DNA of 64,000 bases, taken from contig NC_058368.1 of assembly GCF_018350175.1 (NCBI RefSeq), positions 206,710,001 to 206,774,000 of the forward strand, in the 5' to 3' direction. Below are positions 25,573 through 38,232 of the stretch, in pieces (positions within the stretch are counted from its first letter, which is position 1; the number at the start of each line of letters is the position of its first letter). The notes under the pieces were generated by a model. It worked only from the letters and a program-made list of their open reading frames with translations, had not been told where the DNA came from and ran no database searches. A program made the translations under genes and the position numbers. The stretch comes from Felis catus (Eukaryota).

Positions 25573-27207
25573 TTCAGACAATATTTCATATAATTAAAAC
25601 TTACAAAAATGTATGAACATTAATTGGAAAAATACAAACTAAGTTCATGGCAGCAATTGTGGGTGTGTATACAATGGGTAAAAGAATGGGATTAGGGATT
25701 GGTAATGAATGAGGTTTTGTGTTTATCTAGCATGATTTAATCTATTTACTGAAAGAAAATAAGGCAAGTGTGACAAGCAGTTATGAATTCTGGGTGTAGG
25801 CGATATGGGTTTTTATGTTATTTATACTTTTTTGCATTTTTCTTAAAATAAAACCTAATAAAAAAAAGAAAGGAATTCTTCCAAATTAGAACAGGAAGTC
25901 AGTTGGCTCCAAGAAGAATGTCTTCAACAAGAGGAATGGAATGGATCCTAGCAACAGAAAAATCAACTGAAAAGCTGGAAGGCATTAAGGACATGGTGAA
26001 ATAGCATCTGCTTCTTATCTCATAAGGGGGAGAAATAGCCAGTTAGCTTCATGGGGTGGGAGGTGATGCTCCAGGAAAATACATGGTTCAGAATTAAATA
26101 AAATGGTGATATGATTTTAAAAATCTCGTGCAATGTAAGGAAAGAGTGCTGGTTTTACCAGTAAGTTAGGAACATTTATACATGGGACAAAGATTGTGAT
26201 GTTTTGCACAATGACAAGAAAAAGTTGTCCCAGGATATCTCTGGGTTCTGTAGTTAATATTTACATAGTCATGACAATGGAAATACCGCTTATTGGTTTT
26301 TAATGTTTAGAGTCACCTATAAAACAAATACAGAAGATTTAAATATGGTGACAAAATGGAATGTGAATATTATTAACCTCGGCGATATAAAAGTAGAGAT
26401 ATAACTTGTCCTTTGTATAATTTAGTGTTACAAATGGATAATCTGATAATTCTGTGAAAGATTTGGAGAATTAAATTAGATGTCATTTGAATATCTGTAA
26501 AAGTTGTGGTCCTACCAAATAGAAATACTTTGAAAATAATTCAGTATAAAATTAGACCAAAAGTAGATTAGTTAAATCCATTGAGTGATAAAGCAACCTG
26601 ACAGGAGGGTTAAAGATTAAAATAAGGTCTGTATTAAGTTACAAATTGAATCCATAGTAAATGGGCTCTAAGGCCATCCCAACTGGAGGCCACAGACTGA
26701 GAATTCTCATTGACATAAGGACTATATAGTTAGGCTTGATTGCTCATTCTCATGAGAAAAATCAACCTGTGTGTCTGAGTTCTGTATCTAATGTCCTGTT
26801 AAAAATCTCTTTTTAATGACCCACTTGTAGCCAGCTAAGACCATTTTTCTACATTTATGCAGGAAGACAAAGAAAGCCAAATTGCTTAAGATCGTTTTTG
26901 TTTTTTTTTTTTTTAAGCGGCTAGCAAATTTAACTCTGGAAAGATTTAACATTGAGGATGGGGATAATAAAATAAATCAAACCGTTTTATTATTTTTGTG
27001 CAAATTTGAAAATACTCTGTTGATTAGTTATATAAGTTTCTATTTATGTTCTAAGAGAATTAAGAATTTGGGAAAGTGTTTGATACCTCCTCACTGATAG
27101 TCCTTAAAAAATAAAACTGGATATTTTACATTGATTTAAAATTGTTTGGGGAGAATTTAGTTAACTGAATGACAACAACCTTCTTTAAAAATTGTTAAAA
27201 TTGCTAG

Positions 27208-27430
27208 CTTTTTTTATTTTTTATTTTATTTTTGAGAGAGAGAGAGGGAGAGAGAAAGAGAAAGTGAGTGTAGGGGAGGGGCAGAGGGAGAGGGAAAGAG
27301 AGAATCTGAAGTAGGCTTCACACCTACTAACACAGAGCCCCAGGCAGGGCTTGATCTCAGGACTACAAGGTCATGACCTGAGTAGAAATCAAGAGTTGGA
27401 TGCTTAACTGACTGAGCCACCTAGGTGCCC
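27208..27430 (-). mobile_element. CAN-SINE
   Basis: TSD taaaattgctag on both sides. Confidence 0.95.
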
Positions 27431-27740
27431 TAAAATTGCTAGGTTTATACATGTAATAATGTAATCTTTATATTGGGTTAAAAAAATCCGTTAAGAACAT
27501 GGAGTCTTAATTTTTATTTTTTTATAAATCAAGTATCATTTATTTTAAAAGTATAGTAGTCTTGTACAATAGCAATCATCAGATATATAAAACAATGCCT
27601 TTTACCAAAGCTGATGTTGGATGAGAGGTAGAAAGAAAAGTAGGAGATGTGAAAAGAAAGAAGCATTAATTGTGCATTTACTGTCATATAATATATTGAA
27701 GCATTAAAAATATTGCATAAAATGTGTGGGGACAAATACC

Positions 27741-28457
27741 TTTTTGGGTTTTGGAATGATGGGGGTTCAGAGCTGATGGCCAAGAAAGAATTCTTGAGAT
27801 GTCTTTGGTGTGAAAAAGGTGATTTTATTCAAGCCTGGGGACAGGACCTGTGGATAGGAAGAGCTGCCCTGGGGTTGTGAGGAGTGACTGGTTATATACT
27901 ATGGAATTGGGTGGGGGTAAAGTCAAGAGGAAGGTTCCAAAGGGATTTTCATACGCTAAAGAAGATTCACTGGCTGCTAGAAGCCTAGCTATTGTCAAGC
28001 TAAGGTTTTTGGTTTTTTTTCCTCTAGTAAGCATTAACATTAGGACAATAGGGGGTTCCTAGAGAAATGTTCGACTCTGTACTTGCCTCACGTATTTGTC
28101 AATGGGCTACAGGTTATAAGGAAATTTAACTTTACCTGCCATTTCCTTCTTGCCTTTGTTCCCCATATCACCATGGAGGGGAGGGTAATGTTGGCACTGG
28201 AGGAAACTGAGTTTATAGGTTTCTGGAGATTAGGCTATTGATTAGATTGCCCTTTTCTTATAATTTACTAAGATATTTGTAACCTGATGGAGACTCCTGT
28301 CCTGCATGACTGTTATCTCTATCAGTTAACCATTTATGTTTCCCTTTCCTTTGTTCTTGGGCAGCCAGGAGTGCCTGAGGAATATCATACATATCCCACC
28401 TTGAGTGGGGGGGGGGGGTATCTGAGGTATGTCAGCTTGCCTTATGCTCCTTTATCA
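27741..28457 (-). mobile_element. Carnivore ERV solo LTR (~717 bp)
   Basis: Compositionally distinct block ending ...tttatca; minus-strand AATAAA (~27824-27829) and TATA (~27892-27898); flanks aatacc/aatact; interrupts old L1-like sequence. Confidence 0.8.
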
Positions 28458-28529
28458 AATACTACATAAAGTTAAGAGAATTAGAAATAAACGTTTAAGT
28501 ATGTTATATAAGGCAAAAAGACACAAGTA

Positions 28530-29559
28530 TTTCTGATTCTGGTAATGGCAGCCTAGGTAATTTTGAACAATCTTCCCACTGAAGATAATGGGAAAATCTG
28601 GTCAAAACACACTTATAGGTCTATTGGAAGTAACTGAAATGCTCACAAGATAGGAGAATTACCAGTCCAGTATTTGGGAGAGTTTAGAGGCCATGCATGT
28701 GGGGATATTTTTCTCCTAGGGATGGTTGCTGATTTTGTGGTGGGCAAACATGAAACTCTGCAGCACTTTTGACATTGAGGTTAATAAGAGACACTTGGGG
28801 TTCAGGTTTGCCAAGGGGGCGTGCACCCTAATGGGTTTACTTACACTGGGGTTGCGATCCCAAATATTGTTGCATCAAAGGAGTGAGGAGGACCAAGAGA
28901 GTCTTGCAAAGACAGATAAATAGACCACTGGAATACAATAGAGAGCTCAGAGGCAGAACAGTGTGCAAAAGGACACTTGATTTATGGCAACAGCCGAAGG
29001 GATATCAAGTGTTACTTGGGAAAATTGGTTATTTATGTGGAAAAAAGCCCAGATCGATCTGATCCTTACCTCACACCAAAAATGAATTTTAGATGGATTT
29101 TAAATCTAAAGTTTATTTATTTTGAGAGAGAGACAGAGAGAGTGACGTAGGGGCAGAGAGAGGAGAGAGAGAGACTCCCAAGAAGGTTTCACACTGTCAG
29201 CTCAGAGCCCAGTGCGGGGCTTAAACACACGAACCATGAGATCATGACTTGAGCCCAAATCAAGAGTTCAACGCTAAACCGACTGAGCCACGCAGGTGCC
29301 CTGGAATTTAAATCTAAACATGAAAGGCACACCAATAAAATTCTAGAATATAGTATGAGACATTATTTTCATGAACTTGCAGTAGAAAAATAAGTAAAAT
29401 ATAAAGTACTATCCTTTGTGGACAAGATTGATATATTTGTCCACATTAAAAACCAGAACTTCAGTCACGTAAAATAAGTGAAAAAACAATAAGTGAAAAA
29501 ATCAAATACAGAATTGGAGATGATATTTGTAACACACATAACAGACAAAGCATCATATC

Positions 29560-29560
<1 letters not shown>
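28530..29560 (+). mobile_element. Old L1 fragments (5'-end-like piece, then ORF2 3' pieces)
   Basis: ttctggtaatggcag...; cttacctcacacca, gatggattttaaatctaaa, gagatgatatttgtaacacacataacagacaaag. Confidence 0.6.
29110..29301 (-). mobile_element. CAN-SINE
   Basis: TSD tggattttaaatctaaa/tggaatttaaatctaaa. Confidence 0.95.
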
Positions 29561-29561
<1 letters not shown>

Positions 29562-29599
<38 letters not shown>

Positions 29600-29618
29600 A
29601 CACACACACATACACACA
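29562..29618 (+). repeat. (TG)n-(CA)n compound microsatellite
   Basis: Visible. Confidence 0.95.
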
Positions 29619-29627
29619 TTTTTTTGT

Positions 29628-29775
29628 GTGTTTGGGTTACTCTGAAGTGGACCCCAAGAAAAGGAGTTAAGCATAATTATTTGTGTTCTAAGAAGCACTT
29701 GTAAGGGTCTGAGGACATCAGGGAAGGGAAGAAAGGCAATTCAGGGCACACTGATATGCAGATTACTGTAGTTTT
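29628..29775 (-). mobile_element. ERVL LTR fragment (LTR33/LTR16-like)
   Basis: gaagtggaccccaagaaaagga...cagggaagggaagaaaggcaat resembles recalled consensus. Confidence 0.45.
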
Positions 29776-31381
29776 GCTCCATTATCATCCCCATACTTCC
29801 ATTTGAGTCCTTAGAGCTTACAAAGTAAGAAGACTGAGCACGGTTACAGAGTCAGCAACTCCTATATTTTAGAATTCTGCCAGTCCATCCACATATAAAG
29901 CGATCACAAATAAAATATATGAGATAAAGATCAGGAAGGAAGAAAAAAGAGGAAAGCAAATAATTTAGTTTTGAAAATCAATAGTAGTGGGTGAAATACC
30001 TTACAATTACTAGGAATAACTACTCTTGGGCATTGAACAATTTTAATGTCTGTCTCCAGATTTGGTGAAAAAATTTCTCCTAGATAATACCATTATCATG
30101 AAATATTTTGCTGTTAATGTTACAGCACATTATAACATTGAATAGATGTACACGCAAATCCAAGAGCTTCAGTTGGGAACATGTTTACTGCCACCTGAGA
30201 TTCATATTTTCTGCCACCTCAGAAGTTCTTAACAAGGGTTTTCATTATAAGCAGTCAAATGTCATGAAAATAATAGGTAGTTAAAATACGGTGTGTTGGA
30301 GAGTCATAAACCAGCAGATAGGAACAAACAGAGTAGACATAAATAGGGAGATTTTCTTTCTAATGCACTATTACAAACATGCAGTCAAATCGCATGGGAG
30401 GCTACTGAGTGTATTCATTTCTCTTTGTAGCAATGACAGCCATCCTTGTGGCGCAAGGGACACAGGGCTGATGCAGAGAATGGTGATGTGGATGTCTCTT
30501 GCTCTGCCCTGTGACTCAGGCCCAGAGTCTCATGTAAATTTAGCTAACAACTTAACTTCCATTAACATTTGCAAAAGGGATTGTCTCCTGAATTATGCAG
30601 TGATTGCCAACCTGTTGAAAGAACTTTGTAAAAGAAATTCTTAGGAAAGTATCATTTTGATCTGCCATTGTTTAAATACCCTAAGGAACTAAATGCTGTG
30701 CAAACATCAATGCTATAAAAAAGTGTTGTGAATGACTTTTAAGTGAGTCATATGTGTGTATCATTAGTCAATTAGCAGAAACTACTTCTTGTGTGCCTGG
30801 GCACAGTGAATTTTAGTTAAAGGACAATGAGTCTACTGCAAAGATTAGCTGTTCCAAAATAAATTTCCCAAGGGGCCTGTGAGCCCCAGCTGGAGCAGCA
30901 TGACAGTCTCACTTTATTGTGAAATAATACCCTATTAATTAAGAACTGAAGCAGAAATCAGTGTACCATCATCCAACCATCTCCAAACTAAACATGTTGA
31001 ATAAATCAGTAGCCTGGCTTGTCCAAAATGCAATACTTGTTTTTAAAATATTTTACTTTAAAAAAGTTGTCAGGAAGTCAAGGCACGATTTATGAGCAAA
31101 TGCAGTGGGACAAACGTCAGAAGGTCTGATTCTCAGAGTTAAGTCTGGCCACAAGCTGACAGCGTGGCTGGCAAGTTTATCCCTGATAAGCTTTAGCTTC
31201 CTGCAGTTTGGTTGTACCATGTAATTTTTCCCTAATACTGTTTTTTTTCAATTGCGAATTGTAGCAAAACATGATCAACTTTGTTATGCAGACAGGCATC
31301 CCTCTACATGTTTAAAGAATTTAAGTGTGTTAAATAGAAGACCTCTTTAGAAAGGAGATATTCAAGAATGATTAAAACCTC

Positions 31382-31555
31382 AGGGTGCCTGGGTGGCTCA
31401 GTGGGTTACATGTCCAGGTAAGCGGGCTCACGTCATGATCTCATGCTCTGTGGTATCAGCCCCGCATCAGAGTGGACCCTGCTTGGAATCTCTCTCTCTC
31501 TCTGCCCCTGCCCCTCTCTTTCTCTCAAAAATAAATAAATAAGCTTAAAAAAAAA
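31382..31555 (+). mobile_element. CAN-SINE (short, diverged)
   Basis: gggtgcctgggtggctcag head; TSD aagaatga. Confidence 0.9.
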
Positions 31556-32702
31556 AGAATGAGTGAAATCTTCCAATTTTGACTTTGTAACTTTCCAGGA
31601 GCAATGGTTAAAATGATTCTAGTTCATTACAAGATAATATGACGGTGCCTTAAAAGTGACTGTTCTGTTTTCCCAGTAACATTTCTCACATAACAGTATG
31701 TTAAAGTTACAAACACTGATGTACACAAATAGCTAATTTCTAAAAAAATATGTAAAGTACTGTAGCAAAACAGAAGGCTCCAATACCAACTTTTAACCTG
31801 GGAGTTGGCAGAAAAAGGTAGTGGTATCATGATGGTTAATATTGAATTATTGCACCATATAATTTTTAAGAACCCACCCAACTCTCAAATTCTATTAAAG
31901 TGCATGATATGAAGTTGCAATATTTGACTGATCTTGCCTTCATAAATGGCTATATGATGTGGTTTGCCTACATTGTTTCAATCTTGAGAGGATTTATGAA
32001 TGCATGTAAAAATGTTAAGTGGAAGTTTTTGACATGGAAGGTTGAATATCCTAATTTATGATTATAAGTAACTTCAAAATATCTGACTGAGGCTTTGGTA
32101 TATTTGCTCCATAAGGTTATTTTTAAGGGGAAGAAAAGCAATCAACTAAACATATTATTTAGTTGCTTTCATTATGCTATTGGATCAAAAGCCATTCTGT
32201 ACTCATAGAGTATGCAGTACAAAATATCTGATCCATATTAGGTACTAAAATTAAATGTAGGCTAAGGCTCATATTAAACAGATTATTTATCCATTTATTA
32301 CATTGTGTCAGAAGTTTTGTGTCTTATTGTTATGCCTAAAAATTCAAAGAAATATTTTTAAGTGCATGTATTATTTTTTCTGACTGGACTAAATATCAGT
32401 ATGTATAAATGGAATTCTTTTTACCGATTTGTTGCAAGTGGCTATCCTCAGGGATGCCTCAGGAGCAGCAGTGATTTGAATGGAGTCCATATTTCCTATC
32501 CATTTACAATCATCCTACTTCAGATTAAATATTAAGCTACTTCCTGTACACTTGTTTTTAAAATGTATATTTTTGAGGGTTGAGGAAAGGTAATCCATTT
32601 AGTTCCTAAATCTTTGGTTTGGTTTAGTTGTGGAAAATGGGATCTAGAGGAAATTACTGTGAACCAGCCTTCACCCTGAGAATCAAAAATCATTTATCCT
32701 AT

Positions 32703-32920
32703 GGGGCGCCTGGGTGGCGCAGTCTGTTAAGCGTCCGACTTCAGCCAGGTCACGATCTCGCAGTCTGTGAGTTCGAGCCCCGCGTCGGGCTCTGGGCTGA
32801 TGGCTCAGAGCCTGGAGCCTGTTTCCTATTCTGTGTCTCCCTCTCTCTCTGCCCCTCGCCCATTCATGCTCTGTCTCTCTCTGTCCCAAAAATAAATAAA
32901 CGTTGAAAAAAAAATTAAAA
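32703..32920 (+). mobile_element. Young felid SINE (SINEC_Fc-like)
   Basis: CpG-rich; gtggcgcagtc and cagccaggtcacgatctcg diagnostics; TSD aaaaatcatttatcc. Confidence 0.97.
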
Positions 32921-33454
32921 AAAAATCATTTATCCCCATGCTGCTTGAACAACAAGGACTAAAACTAATCCCGCCCTCCGCCGCCAAAATAAAAACCCTT
33001 AGTCTCTACATTACTATTCTTTGAATCCCTTGTGTTAAAAATCCTCATCTGGTTGTTTCCATCAGTCCAGAAAAGTTGTCCAATTCTTACCCAATCCTGA
33101 TTAAGTTCTTCTCTTCACGACTTCTCCACCAAAAGGCAAACCTTACACAAAATTTCCAATTCTTAATAAATTCCAATCTTGTCTTATCCCCAAGACACCA
33201 CCCAAACTCTGGAGACTCCATTATGGCAATAAGGCACAAACTCAACTTTGTCTTATCAATAGGATATATTGGTGGTCTTCGGAGAGGCGACACTCAACAG
33301 CCAACTTCCCATATTTTCCAGCACAATTAGAATTATGCACTGAACTTTCTTGACCTTAATTTGAAATGCCATGAAAATCAATCAGAAGTTGAAATCATTT
33401 ATATTTATTTTGTAGGATAATTAAGAAAAATTAAGGTGATTTAGGAAGACTTTA

Positions 33455-34240
33455 TATTGATTTATTCAACCAACAGGGAGTATTTGATTTGAGGCAAACA
33501 CTTTTCCTGATTTGGGGCATTTAGTGGTGAATGAAGAGGTATTGTAGAAGGATTCTTGCAAAGAGAAACTGGACACCAAGGCTCTTCTGTCCAGGAAGCA
33601 ACTTTATTTGTCATGCCAGCATGGGCTCAGTGGGTTTGTACCTGAAAAACTGAGCCCTGAGCACACTGGGGTGTAGCCTTTTGTATAAATTTTGCTCCTT
33701 TGTCTCCCATATATGGTAACATACAGTCTGAATGGGCGGTCTGTGTTACAGAGTCATGAGGAATCTTGCACATGCACACAAAGCCAGGTTGCTTTCCTTT
33801 GACTTGAGGCTTTCACAACGTTCCTTAGGAAGAAGCTCTACCACAGTATGTTTCTAGTCCTCATGCTGCTTACATGCTAGGGGATGGAGTTAGATGATTT
33901 ATCATGTGAACATCTGAATAAGCAAGACCACTACAGTCTTTATAAGTATAGGACAGGAATGAAATGTGAGGACCTAGCAAAGTCCATTTAAGACCAGACA
34001 GATAAGGCAAAAGAGGTTTCATTAAAGAGCAGACATTAAAGCTGGGTCCTGACAGAGTGTGATCAGTCAACCATTGAGTGGCTGAAGGCCATCCTTTCAA
34101 GTAGAGAGAACTATGGGAAGGAGAGAGCTTGGATCATTCAAGGAATAAAAGAATTCAGCACAGCTGGAGTGCTAAGAGTAAGGAATAGAGAGAAATGTGC
34201 ATTGGGATATGTTTTCGAGGCAAGACTGGTAGTGCTAGGT
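33455..34240 (-). mobile_element. L2 LINE fragment interrupted by a solo LTR
   Basis: atttattcaac...tagtggtgaatgaag...gtcctcatgctgcttacatgctag antisense L2 3' pattern. Confidence 0.6.
33543..33845 (-). mobile_element. ERV1-type solo LTR (303 bp)
   Basis: tgt...aca ends; exact 4-bp TSD gtat (33539-33542, 33846-33849); minus-strand AATAAA 33603-33608. Confidence 0.88.
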
Positions 34241-35703
34241 GAGAGTTACCCCTGATGGGAGCTGCCTATCACCAAGTAGAAGTATGGAGGGAATGGACAG
34301 TCATTAGTACATGAATCCAGTACTTTGCCACCAGATTCTCTTTCCACTCATCTCTTCCTGACTTACCCTTGTTTTCTCCATGTTTGGTTGCAATATTTTC
34401 TTCCTTGGGTCAAGTAGAAATAAATAATTTTATTTTTTCTCTATTGACCTTCTCTGAGAAAAAGCTTAGCTTATAAAACTGCAGATGTAAGTACCATTTA
34501 AAAACAAGCCTGTTTTCCTTAGATACTGCTGCAAAAATTCTTTTCTACCTATACTAGCAAAAAATCCAGGCTATCACAGCCAAGAAGGCACTTGGGTAAC
34601 TTTATCCAAAGCTCATTCCTTTATGTTTACCCAGTAAACATTGCACTAAGGGCCTGGCTCCTTTGACTTCATACTAGTAAACGTTCAGATCATACAACTA
34701 GAATTCTCCAGTTCCCTCCTTACCAAGCCATCTTCAGAGTATTATTTGGTCTTTCATTTAGAATAGCTTCTGGAAAAAGAATGTTTTGGCTAGAGGATTA
34801 TAACGCCTTGTCCTCTGGGTCGTTTTGTACATACAGAAATATACTGGCTTTCTGAATTTAGTGATCTGTCTTGGGCTGGTTAATGAGAGTCTATCCTTGA
34901 GAGATAGACCTGTTTCCTGTGTAGATACAAAACATTGCTGACTCTAGGAGGCTAACAGCAAAAATGACAATGTCCCAACAGTAATGAGGATATTTAGAAA
35001 ACAACCAAACAACATCACCATTTACAATGCATGAATTTTCCTATTTAGTATTCTGTTAAGTTGCAAGGAGGGTATATATGTGTACATATACATATACAAA
35101 GTTGACCTTCTTCACAGAATCTGTATTTGGAAATGTACCTGTTCACTAAAATTTATTTGTAACCCCAAATCAAATTTGTGGCACTTTTGCAACCTTTCAC
35201 CGAAGGGTGCAAAGTGGCAACAAATTTGAATTGCTTAATGCACACATTGCCATTTGAAGTTGAACAAGACAATGCTCCACTTTCTTGTTTCAGCTTATAC
35301 TATAAACAACTCCCACGATCCATTTAGTGTTCATGGTTTTGTGGTTGTATGCTTTTTGTTGGTGGTTGTGTTGTTTAAATTGCCCCCAAATGAAGTGCTA
35401 AAGTGCTGCTTAGTGTCCCAGAACATAGGAAGGGTGTGATGTGTCTTAGAGAGAAAATATGTGTGTTGGATAGGCTTCATACAGGCATGAATTATAATGC
35501 TGTTGGTCATGAGCTCAGTGTTAATGAGTCAACAGTACACGTTTCAAGAGGTGTCTTTAAACAGAAACATACAAAAAATAAGGTTATACGTTGATTGGCT
35601 GATGAAAATGTGATCAGAGGCTTGTTGGAACCTAACCTTGTATTTTCCTTAGGAGCAGTGGTTCAGTATTTTCTAACTTAGTGTTTGCAGCCACTTTATC
35701 ATA

Positions 35704-38232
35704 CAGTAAAACCTTGGTTTGTGAGCATAATTCATTCTGGAAACATATTTATATATCAAACTTGTATATCAAAGCAAATTTCTCCATAAGAAATAATGGA
35801 AACCCAGATGATTTGTTCTACAACCTAAAAATCTTCATATAAACATAATTATAGTACTGTAATATAATGCAAAATAATAAAGAAAATACAAAATGCAAAG
35901 AAAGGTAAACAAATTAATGTGCACTTACCTTTGGAAAGCTTCGTGGCTGGTGTGAGAGTGATGAGAGAGGAGGGTTATTGTGTAGGAAGACTTTCACTAT
36001 CACTAATGGAATCACTGCTGTCTATTGAGTCAATGGAATTTTTTTCTTTTTGGGCAACTTTAACAAGGAACCTATCCAATGACACTTGCTTTTGCCTCCT
36101 TATGAGGATTTCGTGGAAATGTGACATTGCTTGTGGTTAAACAGATTCATCACTCACACTGCTACAGCCTTATTTGGGTGGAGCTTTTCTACAAAATATT
36201 GCCACTGTTTCCCACATTTTGCACATCTCCCTAATCTCATTTGAAGTGAGGGATCTTCTGCCTTTTCCTCCTCCTCCTCTGCAGATGAGATCTCCTCCAT
36301 AGCCTCTTGCTGTTGCTCACAACGCAGTTCCATCAGTTCATTGGTGGTCAGCTCCTGGCCATATTCTTCTACCAGCTCTTGAATGTTGTCCTCATTCACC
36401 TCCTATCCCATGGTCTTCCTCAAGGACACAATTTCATTGACAACTGGCGGCTCCTGTTCATGACCAAGCCCCTCTATGTCATGTCCAAGAACACTATCAG
36501 GCCACAGTTTTCTCCAAGCAGATGAGAGTTCTCTTGGTGACCCCATCCCAGGTTTTAGCAATGATCTTGAGGCAGCTCATGATGTGGAAATGATTTTTCC
36601 AAAACTCTCAGAGGGTGAGGTTTGTTCTTTTGGTCACCTCAAAGCATCACTGAAATAATGCTTTAGTGTAAAGCTTTTTAAAGTTCAAAATGACCTGTTG
36701 GTCCATGGGCTGGAGAATTGGAGTGGTGCTGGGAGGAAGGAACTTGACCTTAGTGAACTCTAATTCCTCCAGCAAGTTGATCTCAAAGCCTGGAGGATGA
36801 GCATTATAACCAGCAAGGCTTTGAGGGGCAAATTTTTTTCTAAAAGGTATTTTTTCACTGCAGGACTGAAGACTTCGTTGATCCACTCAATGAACAAGAT
36901 ATGAGTGACCCAAGCCTTACTATTGGACCTCAACATAACCTTTAACTGACTCTTCTGCATCTTACATTTCTTGAAGACTCATGGATTCTTGGAATGACAC
37001 ACACACATGAACAGGGGCTTGACTTTGAAATCCCTACTTGTATTAGCACAAAACGAGAGGGTGAGGTGATCTTCTTCTTACTGGGTATTGCATTCTCTTC
37101 TGTAATGTAGGTTCTCTTTGGTATCTTCTTCCAAAAGAAAGCTCCATCTTGGCACAGTTAAAAATTTCCTCTGGCAAGTAATACTCAGAAACCATGAGCT
37201 TCTGGAACTCAGTAGTAAAATGCTTCAGGTGTCTTATCATCTGAAGTTGCATCCTCTCTGTGCCTCACAACACTATGGATGCCACTTCTCTTAAAGTTAT
37301 CAAACCATCTCCTGCTTGCCTTGAAGACTTTGTTTTCTGTTGATGTAGCTGTCAGTTTACTATGAGGTCAGTGTACAAGGCCTTTGCCTTCTCACAGATA
37401 AAGTTCTCAGTCACAATATCACCTTCTAGTTGCTTCTCGTTTTTCCAAACCAGAAGCAACTTTTCTACATCTTTCAGAACACATGGCCATTGCTTTGATA
37501 TCCTTTGACTCCTTTTGCTGTATCTAGCCCCCTTCTTTCTTCTTTCTTCTTTGATATTTTGCAAACGATTGATGTAGAGTTTTTATAAAATCTTGCAGTT
37601 TTGGCCACTCGCATAATTTTGTTCATACTTCTCAATGATTTCCTTTCCTCCGTAATCATCTTGTTCTTCTTACTGCCTTTCTTTTCAACCTTTTCCTGCA
37701 TGGGGGCCATTGTATATGCTTGCAGGGATGTCAACTACAGTACAGTATTAATAAACTCTTGTTGTATACTGTATTTACGGTCACTGGCAATAAGGCAGCA
37801 AAGAGTCTGTGTCTCCAGTCAGCCTGACCTAGAATGAAGCAAAGCATTCCTAAGCTTATTCTTGTATGGAAAAGCAATGGACTGTCCATAGGTGCTTTGA
37901 AGTGACAAAAAATACACTGATGCCAGGTGTGGGCACCTTCCAGCGTTCTAAAAAATCACTGATTTCTGCCAAACACTGAGGCCTGAGACTGAGCATCCAA
38001 GCACGGGAGATGATCACCCACATCCCACAGAGAGAGGGAGAGAGAGAGAGAGAGAGTGAAAGAGAGAGAGGAGAAGAACCATTGACTCAGTTGTAATCAC
38101 GTGATATTCACCATCATGTACTACTCATATTGCAAGACATCACTCGTTTGTCAAGTTAGAATTTATTAGAAATGTTTGCTTGTCTTGTGGAGTACTCACT
38201 GAACAAGTTACTGACAATCTAAGGTTTTACTG
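35704..38232 (-). mobile_element. Full-span Tigger/pogo DNA transposon (2,529 bp)
   Basis: TIRs cagtaaaaccttggtttg / caatctaaggttttactg (16/18 match), TA at 35702-35703 and 38233-38234, internal transposase remnant. Confidence 0.95.
35975..37710 (-). pseudogene. Decayed Tigger/pogo transposase (CENP-B-like HTH + DDE_1 domain), frameshifted
   Basis: Colinear ORF pieces: VEKLLLVWKNEKQLEGDIVTENFICEKAKALY; EEIFNC; SNSKAWVTHILFIEWINEVFSPAVKKYL; VKFLPPSTTPILQPMDQQVILNFKKLY; DNIQELVEEYGQELTTNELMEL; C-terminal RRQKQVSLDRFL. Confidence 0.92.

Larger units (their letters stand above)
24430..25860 (+). mobile_element. Very old L1 (L1ME-type) 3' region, interrupted by a SINE and a hAT MITE
   Basis: caatgagataacatttcaca, atatgatccaacaattccattgctag; highly diverged. 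Confidence 0.55.

Noticed and set aside
35975..37710. Domesticated TIGD-type host gene
   Set aside because: It has multiple frameshifts and stops, damaged catalytic residues, and TIRs still attached.
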